From: Candidatus Limivicinus sp.
GTDB taxonomy: Bacteria > Bacillota > Clostridia > Oscillospirales > Oscillospiraceae
DNA length: 64,000 bases
Reading direction: 5' to 3'
Assembly (NCBI GenBank): GCA_045599525.1
Contig: JAZRWD010000032.1
Coordinates: forward strand, 1,633-65,632
The notes below the pieces were generated by a model, which had not been told where the DNA came from, made no database searches, and saw nothing but the letters and a program-made list of their open reading frames with translations. Shown here one piece after another: positions 47,020 to 55,320 of this stretch. The translations under genes and the position numbers were made by a program. The first letter of the stretch is position 1, and each line of letters opens with the position of its first letter.

Positions 47020-48318
47020 ATGCCAAACATTCAGCATTATCTGGAGTGGAGGAGTGATATTCCGTTTCTCCTGTCACCTGTCAATGATGTTGACGAGCTG
47101 ATCTTCAGTCTCATCGGTTTGTTTGACTGGTCAGATATTGTGCCGGAAGACGGTCATTGCGTACCGCTCCACCAGGCAGTGAAGGAGTATTTCCGGCTGG
47201 ACCGTGCGGAAAAACCCGGTATTCTCATCTCAAAGCAACATGCATCCACACTCAGGTTTCTACCGGCCTCCGTCCGTTTCGGTTCTCTGGAGCTCACCGG
47301 CTACCGCAGAGACATTGCCCCATCGGAAAACAAACAGTTCTCCGCCCTGACGATCCGCATTCCCGGCGGCCGTTATTATATCACCTTCTGCGGTACGGAC
47401 GACTCCATTACCGGTTGGAAAGAAGATTTTCTTCTTTCGGTGGAGGAGACGATTCCTGCCCAGAAAGATGCCGCCGAGTACCTCCGCTTTGCGGCAGAAA
47501 ACTATCCCGGTCCTCTGGTGGTAAGTGGCCACTCGAAGGGTGGAAATCTTGCCGTATATTCCGCAGCTTCCGTACCGGAGGCCGTGCAGGCGCGCATTTC
47601 CCGAGTCATCAGCTTCGACGGCCCCGGTTTTCGCAGAGAGTTTTTGCAAACCGTCGGTTATCGCCGCATTAGAAGCAAATGTTGCTCCATTATGTCTGAG
47701 CAGGCTCTGGTCGGTAAACTGCTGTTCAGTGATCTCACACCCATCATCGTCCGCACGGATGCCTTCGGTATTGCCGCACACAACGGCCATAACTGGGAGA
47801 CCTGTCCCGGAGGTTTTGTCCGCTGCGATGAATTTTCTTCCTTCAGCAATGCTTTTAATGAATCCTGTGATCGTATTCAGGACAAGGTCTCTCTGGAGGA
47901 CCGCTCCCGGTTCATTGAAGCAGTGTTCAGCACGCTTGAAGCCACAGGCGCAAAAACACTCACCGACCTGTCCGAGCAGAACCTGAAACACGCCGCCTCG
48001 ATGGTTCACAGCTTAATCAAGGATCCTGGTATCCAGAAAATGGCCACCGAATTTTTGGAGAGTATCGTTCTCAGCCTGGTTGCCGAACGCAGCAAAGATC
48101 TGAAGTCAGTAAAGGCCCTGCAAAACCTTCTCGACAACTTCAGCAGGCACGATGAGAAAGTGCACCCGGCAGACAAAGCTTCGTCCGGAACCGATGGTGA
48201 GACGGAGATTGTCCGGCCACTGTCTGCTGCCATTGCCGACGCCAAACGAGCCGTCGATAATACTTCCGATCACATGCCTCTTCTCCCTATTGATTTTTCC
48301 GTCTCAGACGAAGCCTGA
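47020..48318 (+). CDS. DUF2974 (Mbeg1-like) alpha/beta-hydrolase-like protein
   Basis: Nucleophile elbow VVSGHSKGGNLAVYSA. The ATG at 47020 follows AAGGAGGGG. Confidence 0.7.
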   Translation: MPNIQHYLEWRSDIPFLLSPVNDVDELIFSLIGLFDWSDIVPEDGHCVPLHQAVKEYFRLDRAEKPGILISKQHASTLRFLPASVRFGSLELTGYRRDIAPSENKQFSALTIRIPGGRYYITFCGTDDSITGWKEDFLLSVEETIPAQKDAAEYLRFAAENYPGPLVVSGHSKGGNLAVYSAASVPEAVQARISRVISFDGPGFRREFLQTVGYRRIRSKCCSIMSEQALVGKLLFSDLTPIIVRTDAFGIAAHNGHNWETCPGGFVRCDEFSSFSNAFNESCDRIQDKVSLEDRSRFIEAVFSTLEATGAKTLTDLSEQNLKHAASMVHSLIKDPGIQKMATEFLESIVLSLVAERSKDLKSVKALQNLLDNFSRHDEKVHPADKASSGTDGETEIVRPLSAAIADAKRAVDNTSDHMPLLPIDFSVSDEA

Positions 48319-48342
48319 TTCACCTTTTCCCGCAATACCAAT

Positions 48343-48384
48343 GGCTCCCGGCAGTCTTTCTGTTCAGAAGAACTGCCGGGAGCC
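48343..48384. terminator. Shared hairpin between the convergent DUF2974 and def genes
   Basis: GGCTCCCGGCAGT (48343-48355) / ACTGCCGGGAGCC (48372-48384). Confidence 0.65.
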
Positions 48385-48450
48385 GTTTCCACTTTATCTA
48401 TTTCTTTTTCGGTCTTTCCTGCGTCACGACGAAATGTGTTCGTCTGGCCT

Positions 48451-48861
48451 TCAGATCAGAATTCCGTTGCAATGGTCGATCTCGTGCTGAATGATCTGGG
48501 CTGTCCATCCGGTAAATGTCTTCAAACGGACTTGAAATTTCTCGTTCAGGTATTTTACCTTGATTGATTTATAGCGTATCGCCTTTCGCTTTCCCTTCAG
48601 CGAAAGGCAGCCTTCTTCCGCCTCATATTTTCCTGAGCTTTTGATGATTTCCGGGTTATACATCAATGCAGGTACACCCTCGTTATCGAATACAATGACC
48701 CGCTTTGCCGCGCCGATCATGTTCGCTGCCATACCGACGCACTCTTCTCTGTGCGCCTGCAACGTATCCAGCAGGTCCTGGCCCAGTGGCTTATCGTCCT
48801 CGGTTACCTCTGAAGCCTTCTGCGCCAGAAAAATGGGGTCGTGCACAATATTCTTTATCAT
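48451..48861 (-). CDS. def: Peptide deformylase (short, 136 aa)
   Basis: The EEGCLSL and QHEIDHCNG metal motifs are present. Motif 1 reads GMAANMIG. The ATG is at 48861; the 56-aa extension in the track overlaps lysE and is rejected. Confidence 0.85.
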   Translation of the reverse strand: MIKNIVHDPIFLAQKASEVTEDDKPLGQDLLDTLQAHREECVGMAANMIGAAKRVIVFDNEGVPALMYNPEIIKSSGKYEAEEGCLSLKGKRKAIRYKSIKVKYLNEKFQVRLKTFTGWTAQIIQHEIDHCNGILI

Positions 48862-48953
48862 TATTCTCTTCTTCTCCTTCAGAGTCCACCCATCCAGGCT
48901 TCGAGTGTCTGTTTTTTGCTTTTTTCGATTGCTTTGCCGTCTCACCCCATGCT

Positions 48954-49577
48954 TTATGACAGTTGCGGGATAAGCGTAATCCCGTTCCACAGCAGTTTTC
49001 CGCCATAAAACAGCAGGAACAGTCCGCAAATCAGAGAGATGCCCCTAAGGACACGGTCAGAAAACCGGGTACGGAAATGATTCACCAGCAAAGACATCCC
49101 AAACCACCAAGTCACGGAGGCCATTGCGCAGCTTAAAATGAAAGCGGTACCGTATTCGGCCGGTACCGCAGCCCGGGAAGCCCCGAGCAGCAGAGAACCG
49201 TCAATAATCGCCTGGGGATTAAACCAGGTCACAACACAGGATGTTGCAATGACCCGGGTCAGGGGCAGCTCCACCGCTTCACCGAACTCAACCTTTCCCC
49301 TTGCGCGGACCAATCCCCAGCCCATCCAAAGTACCACGGCACCGCCCGCCAGCAGCATCCCAAGCTCCAGCCAGACAGAAGCGCTGATCAGTGCACCTAC
49401 GCCCAGAAAGCAGGCAACAGAAAGTGAGACATCAAAAAAGGTCACAATCAGTGCCGTCAGCAAAATACGCCGGCGCGACTGAGTCAGTGCGGTATTAATC
49501 ACAAAAATATTCTGCGTTCCGATTGGGGCCACATACGCAAGCCCCAGCAAATAGCCTTGCAGCATCGTTGCTAGCAT
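48954..49577 (-). CDS. LysE/ArgO family amino-acid exporter
   Basis: MLQGYLLGLAYVAPIGTQNIFVINTAL. Six hydrophobic segments. The ATG at 49577 follows GAGGTG. Confidence 0.8.
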   Translation of the reverse strand: MLATMLQGYLLGLAYVAPIGTQNIFVINTALTQSRRRILLTALIVTFFDVSLSVACFLGVGALISASVWLELGMLLAGGAVVLWMGWGLVRARGKVEFGEAVELPLTRVIATSCVVTWFNPQAIIDGSLLLGASRAAVPAEYGTAFILSCAMASVTWWFGMSLLVNHFRTRFSDRVLRGISLICGLFLLFYGGKLLWNGITLIPQLS

Positions 49578-49816
49578 TTTCCCCACCTCAGTTTCTGTGG
49601 CATTTTCTCCAGCCTGCGCTCGGTTTTCGCGCAGATACTTTTGGATTATATCATAAAAGTTTCCGGGAAAAAACAGATTTTTATTTTCTCCGTTTTCAGC
49701 AAACTATCGGATCTCCATTATTTACTGATTTCCGTCTCCGGATTCCGTGATTCTTCGCGCAGTTTTTCTGTTCACGGCCGTTTTTTCTCGTTTATCTGAG
49801 TTATTTGTCAATATTC

Positions 49817-49847
49817 GTCCGAATTTCCTGTCTTTCTGTCCGAATTT
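49817..49847 (+). repeat. Direct repeat GTCCGAATTT x2 with 21-bp register, upstream of a promoter
   Basis: Copies at 49817-49826 and 49838-49847. The -35 element starts at 49862. Confidence 0.8.
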
Positions 49848-49861
49848 TACCATTTTTGTTC

Positions 49862-49889
49862 TTGACTTCTGCCAAATTGATGGTATGAT
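49862..49889 (+). promoter_or_regulatory. Promoter of the HPt-like/AT-hook gene
   Basis: TTGACT (49862-49867), 16 nt spacer ending in TGG, TATGAT (49884-49889). Confidence 0.55.
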
Positions 49890-49974
49890 AAGGTCGTAAC
49901 GAATATGAAATATCATTTCTATTTGTATCAAGTTGCTTGAAACCGTTTGTTATAGCTAGAAAGAGAAGTGTACA

Positions 49975-50397
49975 ATGACACTAGCAGAATTATATAATAC
50001 TGTCGGCAGTTATGCTGCTGTGAAGGACCAGCTGGGCAACGATGATACCATCAACCGTTGCATCCGCGCCTTCCTGCGTGAGCCTGCCTACGACCGCCTG
50101 ATGGAGGCTTGGAAGAACGGCAATGCTGTTTCCATTTTTTCCTGGACGCAGATTCTCAACCGCAGCTGCCAGCAGCTTGGTCTGACCCGTTTGGGGTATG
50201 TGACCTCCGCTATTGCCGAAACTTATCGCGGTTCTTTTATTGAAAAGCTGGACGCTCCCACTGTTGATATGCTCTTTGCGTCCTTTGACCGGACATACAA
50301 AGAGACTACTGAACTGTTAAATGAGTATCTCCACGCCGCAGAGCAAGAAAAGACCCGCCGTCGCCCCGGTCGGCCACGCAAAGTTGCCGTTGCCTGA
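49975..50397 (+). CDS. Hypothetical 140-aa protein: HPt-like four-helix domain lacking the phospho-His, plus a C-terminal AT-hook-like RRRPGRPRK
   Basis: The N-terminus MTLAELYNTVGSYAAVKDQLGNDD...FLREPAYDRL resembles small clostridial HPt-domain proteins as I remember them. The C-terminal RGRP-type basic motif lies at 50356-50382. Confidence 0.5.
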   Translation: MTLAELYNTVGSYAAVKDQLGNDDTINRCIRAFLREPAYDRLMEAWKNGNAVSIFSWTQILNRSCQQLGLTRLGYVTSAIAETYRGSFIEKLDAPTVDMLFASFDRTYKETTELLNEYLHAAEQEKTRRRPGRPRKVAVA

Positions 50398-50403
50398 GGC
50401 ATA

Positions 50404-50462
50404 AACAGCAAGTGATGCACACTTCCGCATAGGGAAGAATGCATCACTTGCTGTTTTACTTT
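50404..50462. terminator. Strong bidirectional terminator between the HPt-like gene and the NUDIX gene
   Basis: 16-bp stem AACAGCAAGTGATGCA (50404-50419) / TGCATCACTTGCTGTT (50440-50455), followed by TTACTTTTAT. Confidence 0.8.
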
Positions 50463-50486
50463 TATCGGCAACTGCCTTTTTCGACT

Positions 50487-50915
50487 TCAGGCGTCTCCGG
50501 TTTTCTCCGGCGTTTCCTGCATAGCTGCCCTAAGCCGTGGCAGCAGACTCTCATCCGCAGGCAGCCAGGAAACGGTATCCAGCGTTTCTCTACATAGCCA
50601 GCGCGCGGCCTCGGCCTCCTGCAGCTGCAGCGCTCCCTCGGTCACCTGGGCCCAAAAGCAGTCCATTGACAGGTGGAAGGTTGGATAATCGTACTCAACC
50701 GTGTACAGCTTTTCCCCCACCGTAATCCCGGCCGTCAATTCCTCCCGGATTTCCCGAATCAGAGCCCGCTGAGGGGACTCTCCGGCTTCCACCTTTCCCC
50801 CGGGAAACTCCCAGAACCCCTTCCACTCGCCGTAGCCTCTTGCTGTAGCAAAAACCTGCCGCGGCTGTTTCAGGCAGTCGCAGATCAGCGCTGCGACAAC
50901 ATGTACTCTCTTCAT
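50487..50915 (-). CDS. NUDIX hydrolase (MutT/8-oxo-dGTPase-like)
   Basis: Nudix box GFWEFPGGKVEAGESPQRALIREIREEL. Confidence 0.85.
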   Translation of the reverse strand: MKRVHVVAALICDCLKQPRQVFATARGYGEWKGFWEFPGGKVEAGESPQRALIREIREELTAGITVGEKLYTVEYDYPTFHLSMDCFWAQVTEGALQLQEAEAARWLCRETLDTVSWLPADESLLPRLRAAMQETPEKTGDA

Positions 50916-50931
50916 CTGAACCGGTTACGGC

Positions 50932-51204
50932 TTATTCCGCGTCACAGGCCAGGCTGTCGTAATACTTGCTCACTCGCTCGTACTCAGCGTCGTCCTCGAT
51001 GGAGGAAATGAGCATGTCCTCTCCGTCTTCTTCATAGGCGTACAGGTACTCTTCTGTGCCCACCTCTTCGCCCTCGACTTCGGCAAGAATCGTATAATTC
51101 TTGCCTTCAAAGGCAAACTTGTCCAGTACGGCATATTCAATCTCCGTGCCGTCTTCCTCTGTCAGGATGATTGTTTCCACTTCATACAGTTCGGTATCTT
51201 CCAT
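50932..51204 (-). CDS. DUF1292 family small acidic protein
   Basis: MEDTELYEVETIILTEEDGTEIEYAVLDKFAFEGKNYTILAEVE. The ATG at 51204 follows AGGAGAG. The 99-aa track extension is rejected. Confidence 0.75.
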   Translation of the reverse strand: MEDTELYEVETIILTEEDGTEIEYAVLDKFAFEGKNYTILAEVEGEEVGTEEYLYAYEEDGEDMLISSIEDDAEYERVSKYYDSLACDAE

Positions 51205-51331
51205 TACAAATCTCTCCTTTGGATATGGGATATTTGGATATACTATTTTTACCGCATTCCACAGGCAAATGCAACAGGGAGATTTTCTCCACCGCCCTGC
51301 CGGTTGCTTCCCGCACCGGCAATATTTTTGC

Positions 51332-51360
51332 TTGACAGATACCCCGTATGGGTATATATT
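51332..51360 (+). promoter_or_regulatory. Promoter of csoR-copA
   Basis: TTGACA (51332-51337), 17 nt spacer, TATATT (51355-51360). Confidence 0.65.
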
Positions 51361-51386
51361 CGTCATCAGATACCCCCGCAGGGTAT
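51339..51386 (+). promoter_or_regulatory. Two CsoR-type operators, ATACCC-N5-GGGTAT
   Basis: ATACCCCGTATGGGTAT (51339-51355) lies within the promoter spacer and -10 element. ATACCCCCGCAGGGTAT (51370-51386) lies just downstream. These are GC-cored inverted repeats like known CsoR boxes. Confidence 0.7.
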
Positions 51387-51412
51387 ATTGCCGATTTCGT
51401 TGGAGGATGCCT

Positions 51413-51799
51413 ATGGCCGAACAAAACCAACCTTTCCTTCTCCCGGAAGAGGAAACCACCACGGGTTGCTGTTGCTCCGTTTCCGTCCAGGATGGCCCCA
51501 TCTCTCACACCTCTGACTGCTGCCGTACCAAACACCGTAGCGAAGAGGAATACACAAAGCTTCTCCATCGGCTCAGCCGGATTGAGGGTCAGATCCGCGG
51601 CATTAAGGGAATGCTCGGCAATGACGCATATTGTACCGATATTCTTGTCCAGGTAACCGCCGTTAATGCCGCACTAAATGCCTTCAGCCGTGAGTTACTC
51701 AGCCAGCATATCCGCACCTGCGTCATGGAGGATATTCGGGCCGGCAAAGAAGAAACCGTCGAGGACCTTCTGCGGACCCTGCAGAAAATGATGAAGTAA
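51413..51799 (+). CDS. csoR: Copper-sensing repressor CsoR with a Cys-rich N-terminal extension
   Basis: LLHRLSRIEGQIRGIKGML...YCTDILVQVTAVNAALNAF (CsoR C-H-C region). The N-terminal TTGCCCSVSVQDGPISHTSDCC is extra. The ATG at 51413 lies 6 nt after GGAGG. Confidence 0.85.
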   Translation: MAEQNQPFLLPEEETTTGCCCSVSVQDGPISHTSDCCRTKHRSEEEYTKLLHRLSRIEGQIRGIKGMLGNDAYCTDILVQVTAVNAALNAFSRELLSQHIRTCVMEDIRAGKEETVEDLLRTLQKMMK

Positions 51800-51821
51800 C
51801 CCACGCCCTATTCGCGAAAGG

Positions 51822-54356
51822 ATGATCTCCATGCAGAAATATAATGTTACCGGCATGAGCTGCGCCGCCTGCTCTGCCCGTGTCGAAAAAGCCGTAAACA
51901 GCCTCGCCGGCGTAACAGCTTGCTCCGTAAGCCTTCTTACTAACTCCATGGGCGTAGAGGGTTCCGCTTCTCCTGCTGAAGTGATCAAAGCCGTCACCGA
52001 TGCCGGCTACGGTGCAAGTGTGAAAGGCAGCAGGCAGAACAACGCCGCAAACGCAGACCCGCTGGACAGCCTGCAGGACACCGAAACTCCAAAGCTGCGC
52101 CGCCGTCTGCTCTGGTCTCTCGGCTTCCTGCTGGTGCTGATGTATATCTCCATGGGCCACATGATGTGGAGCTGGCCTCTGCCTTCTTTCCTGGACGGTA
52201 ACCACATTGCCATGGGGCTTGCCGAGCTCCTTCTAGCCGCTGCTGTTATGGTCATTAACCAGCGTTTCTTTATTTCCGGCTTCAGGGGGCTGATTCACCG
52301 GGCGCCGAACATGGATTCGCTGGTCGCCCTGGGCTCCGCTGCTTCCTTTGCGTACAGTGTGTTCGCTCTTTTTGCCATGAGCAGCGCTCAGCTAGCCGGA
52401 AATGGTGAAAAAGTCACTTCGTACATGCACGAGTTCTACTTTGAATCTGCCGCTATGATCCTCACCCTCATCACGGTCGGTAAAATGCTGGAAGCCCATT
52501 CCAAAGGCAAAACGACCGACGCATTGAAGAGTCTGATGAAGATTGCACCCAAAACAGCTGTCCTTCTCCGAAACGGTCAGGAGGTCACCGTACCCATTTC
52601 TGAGGTGCAGCGCGGCGATATCTTCGTCGTCCGTCCCGGTGACAGTATTCCGGTAGACGGCATTGTATTGGAAGGCAGCGGTGCAGTAGACGAGGCAGCT
52701 CTGACCGGAGAGAGCATACCGGTGGACAAAGCTCCGGGTTCTGCTGTTTCTGCGGCTACTATCAACAAAGACGGCTATCTGCGCTGCGAGGCGCGCCGGG
52801 TTGGGGAAGATACGACACTTTCTCAGATTATTCAAATGGTCAGCGATGCTGCCGCCACAAAGGCACCTATCGCCAAAATTGCCGACCGTGTCTCCGGTGT
52901 TTTTGTTCCCGCAGTTCTTGCAATTGCCTGCGTGACAACGCTCGTCTGGCTGCTCCTCGGCCGTCCATTCGGCTTTGCCCTCGCCCGCGGTATTTCTGTC
53001 CTTGTCATCAGCTGCCCCTGTTCTCTGGGCCTGGCCACCCCTGTGGCCATTATGGTTGGCAACGGTCAGGGAGCCCGCAAAGGGGTACTGTTCAAAACCG
53101 CTGCAGCGTTGGAGCAGACCGGCAAGGTCAACATTGTTGCCCTGGACAAAACCGGAACCATTACTGAAGGCCGTCCGCAGGTCACCGATCTGCTTCCGGC
53201 AGACGGCATCACCCTGCAGCAGCTTCTCGAAGGCGCTGCTGCGCTGGAACAGCACAGTGAACACCCGCTGGCACGTGCCATTATGGATCATGCCGCATCA
53301 CAGCAGCTTGTTCCTGCAGAGATCAGCCATTTCCATGCGCTGCCCGGAAACGGTCTTGAAGCTCAGCTCGGCGGCCAATCTCTGCTCGGCGGCAGTCTGA
53401 AGTTTATTTCCGGCCGTCTCTCCGTTCCCGCAGCATTGCAGACCAAAGCCGATACACTCGCTTTACAGGGCAAAACACCGCTGCTTTTTGCGCAGGATCA
53501 GCAGATACTTGGATTGATTGCCGTGGCCGACACCATAAAGTCCGACAGTGCCGAAGCCGTCCGTCAGCTGCAGAATATGGGTATCCGTGTCGTCATGATT
53601 ACCGGCGACAATGCGCAGACTGCCCGGGCGATTGGAAACCAGGCCGGAGTGGATGAGGTTATTGCCGGCGTACTGCCGACCGGAAAAGAAGCCGCCATCC
53701 GCCGCCTTCAGCATCAGGGCAAAGTTGCAATGGTCGGCGATGGCATCAACGATGCCCCAGCCCTTTCCCGCGCAGATATTGGCTTTGCCATTGGTGCCGG
53801 ATCGGATATCGCCCTTGATTCCGCGGAGGTAGTGCTAATGCACTCACGCCTCACGGACGTACCTGCAGCCATCCGTCTGAGCCGCGCCACCCTGCGTAAC
53901 ATCCACCAAAATCTTTTCTGGGCCTTTTTCTACAACTCCGTCAGCATTCCTGTTGCTGCAGGTGCTCTCATCCGGTTCGGCTTTACCCTTAACCCCATGT
54001 TGGGTGCCGCCTGTATGAGTCTGAGCAGCTTTTGCGTTGTCACCAATGCCCTACGCCTGAATCTTTTTAAGATGTATGACGCATCTCATGATAAAAAGAG
54101 AAATAAACCGCTTCCCTTCCCTGAGGAAGCACAGGAGGAAAAAACAATGACCAAAACCCTGAAGATCGATGGTATGATGTGCCCCCACTGCGAAGCTGCC
54201 GTAAAGAAGGCTCTTGAGGCTGTTGCCGGTGTGGAATGCGCCGAAGTCAGCCACGTTGCCGGCACTGCCGTCTGCACCCTGAGTGCCGATGTAGACAACG
54301 AAGTCCTGAAGGCTGCAGTTGTGGCCAAAGACTACACCGTCCTTGGCATCGAGTAA
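51822..54356 (+). CDS. copA: Copper-translocating P1B-type ATPase with N-terminal and C-terminal HMA domains
   Basis: N-terminal GMSCAACSARVEKAV, TGESIPV, SCPCSLGLATP, DKTGTITEG, SEHPLARAI, and GDGINDAPAL. The C-terminal domain reads MTKTLKIDGMMCPHCEAAVKKAL. Confidence 0.95.
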   Translation: MISMQKYNVTGMSCAACSARVEKAVNSLAGVTACSVSLLTNSMGVEGSASPAEVIKAVTDAGYGASVKGSRQNNAANADPLDSLQDTETPKLRRRLLWSLGFLLVLMYISMGHMMWSWPLPSFLDGNHIAMGLAELLLAAAVMVINQRFFISGFRGLIHRAPNMDSLVALGSAASFAYSVFALFAMSSAQLAGNGEKVTSYMHEFYFESAAMILTLITVGKMLEAHSKGKTTDALKSLMKIAPKTAVLLRNGQEVTVPISEVQRGDIFVVRPGDSIPVDGIVLEGSGAVDEAALTGESIPVDKAPGSAVSAATINKDGYLRCEARRVGEDTTLSQIIQMVSDAAATKAPIAKIADRVSGVFVPAVLAIACVTTLVWLLLGRPFGFALARGISVLVISCPCSLGLATPVAIMVGNGQGARKGVLFKTAAALEQTGKVNIVALDKTGTITEGRPQVTDLLPADGITLQQLLEGAAALEQHSEHPLARAIMDHAASQQLVPAEISHFHALPGNGLEAQLGGQSLLGGSLKFISGRLSVPAALQTKADTLALQGKTPLLFAQDQQILGLIAVADTIKSDSAEAVRQLQNMGIRVVMITGDNAQTARAIGNQAGVDEVIAGVLPTGKEAAIRRLQHQGKVAMVGDGINDAPALSRADIGFAIGAGSDIALDSAEVVLMHSRLTDVPAAIRLSRATLRNIHQNLFWAFFYNSVSIPVAAGALIRFGFTLNPMLGAACMSLSSFCVVTNALRLNLFKMYDASHDKKRNKPLPFPEEAQEEKTMTKTLKIDGMMCPHCEAAVKKALEAVAGVECAEVSHVAGTAVCTLSADVDNEVLKAAVVAKDYTVLGIE

Positions 54357-54428
54357 CCCTGCGTTTTCGTGTCTCTCACCGGGCACGCAAAGTTGTCTTT
54401 TTCGGCATCCCCGTCTGAGGAAAAAGCA

Positions 54429-54470
54429 CAGAGACCCTTTTCCTTTTTGGAAGAAGGTCTCTGTTTTTTT
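54429..54470 (+). terminator. Intrinsic terminator after copA
   Basis: CAGAGACC (54429-54436) / GGTCTCTG (54456-54463), followed by T7. Confidence 0.85.
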
Positions 54471-54493
54471 ATCCATATTGTTTTTCTTTGTCC

Positions 54494-55060
54494 TTACTCG
54501 ACGGCGGCAGCGCTTTCCTGGGTAGCGGTGGGTTCTTCCTTGGCGGCCATTTTCGCGAATCCGTCATAATATCCCTCTTCGGTAAAGTTGGCAAAATAGC
54601 CCTCTTCCGAAAGCAGCATAATGGTCTTGCCGTCCGCATATTCATTCAGCTTGCCTTCGCGGGACAGACGGCGCAGCTTTTTAATGGGTAGCTGACTGTA
54701 AGCACCGTTTTCGCCCACAAACAGATACAGGCGGAGGCGGCGAATTTCTTTCTGGTCCTTATCCTTATTTAGATATTTGACAATTTCGCCCATGTTGAGG
54801 CGCATATCTTCGCTGCAGGAATAGACGACCTCGTTGGTGGATTCAGGGTCTTCCCGGTTATAGAAATAGGCAGCACCCTGGCCGTAGGGCTTTTCCGCAA
54901 AAAGGACAACGGTGTTCGGCACTCTGCTGATAAACTCTACTGCGTAGTCGCGAATCTCTTCCAGCGATTTGCCGTTCAGGCTCTCCGGGAAGCGATAGTC
55001 AGTACGGAAGTCATAGGCGCCGGAAATACCGCGCTCAAGGTCATGAAAAAGCTTGCTCAT
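54494..55060 (-). CDS. Hypothetical protein, 188 aa, no recognisable motif
   Basis: Clean monocistronic ORF with an ATG start. It is bounded by a convergent terminator on one side and a divergent promoter region on the other. Acidic C-terminal tail. Confidence 0.5.
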   Translation of the reverse strand: MSKLFHDLERGISGAYDFRTDYRFPESLNGKSLEEIRDYAVEFISRVPNTVVLFAEKPYGQGAAYFYNREDPESTNEVVYSCSEDMRLNMGEIVKYLNKDKDQKEIRRLRLYLFVGENGAYSQLPIKKLRRLSREGKLNEYADGKTIMLLSEEGYFANFTEEGYYDGFAKMAAKEEPTATQESAAAVE

Positions 55061-55320
55061 TTTTGGTCTCCTTTATCGTATTGCGGAACACAGGCACCCC
55101 CGAGAACAGTCGGCACTGCCTCCCGCGCTTCAGCAATGTGTATCATTATAACCGTACAGGGGCATCCTTGCAACAAAAATATCAACCTGTCCCATTTCTC
55201 TTTTTGTTTCGGCCCTGAGCACATGCTGAGAGTCTTTTTTCCTTTCCTTCTTTACGAATAACGGGAATTAGCCTATACTCAATTTTGTGATAAAAAGATT
55301 GTTTTTGAGGAGGACAAAAC

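Noticed and set aside
51101-51799. 232-aa version of CsoR in the ORF track
   Set aside because: The upstream two-thirds are antisense to DUF1292 and read through the csoR promoter and operators. GGAGG plus the ATG at 51413 gives a sensible 128-aa repressor.
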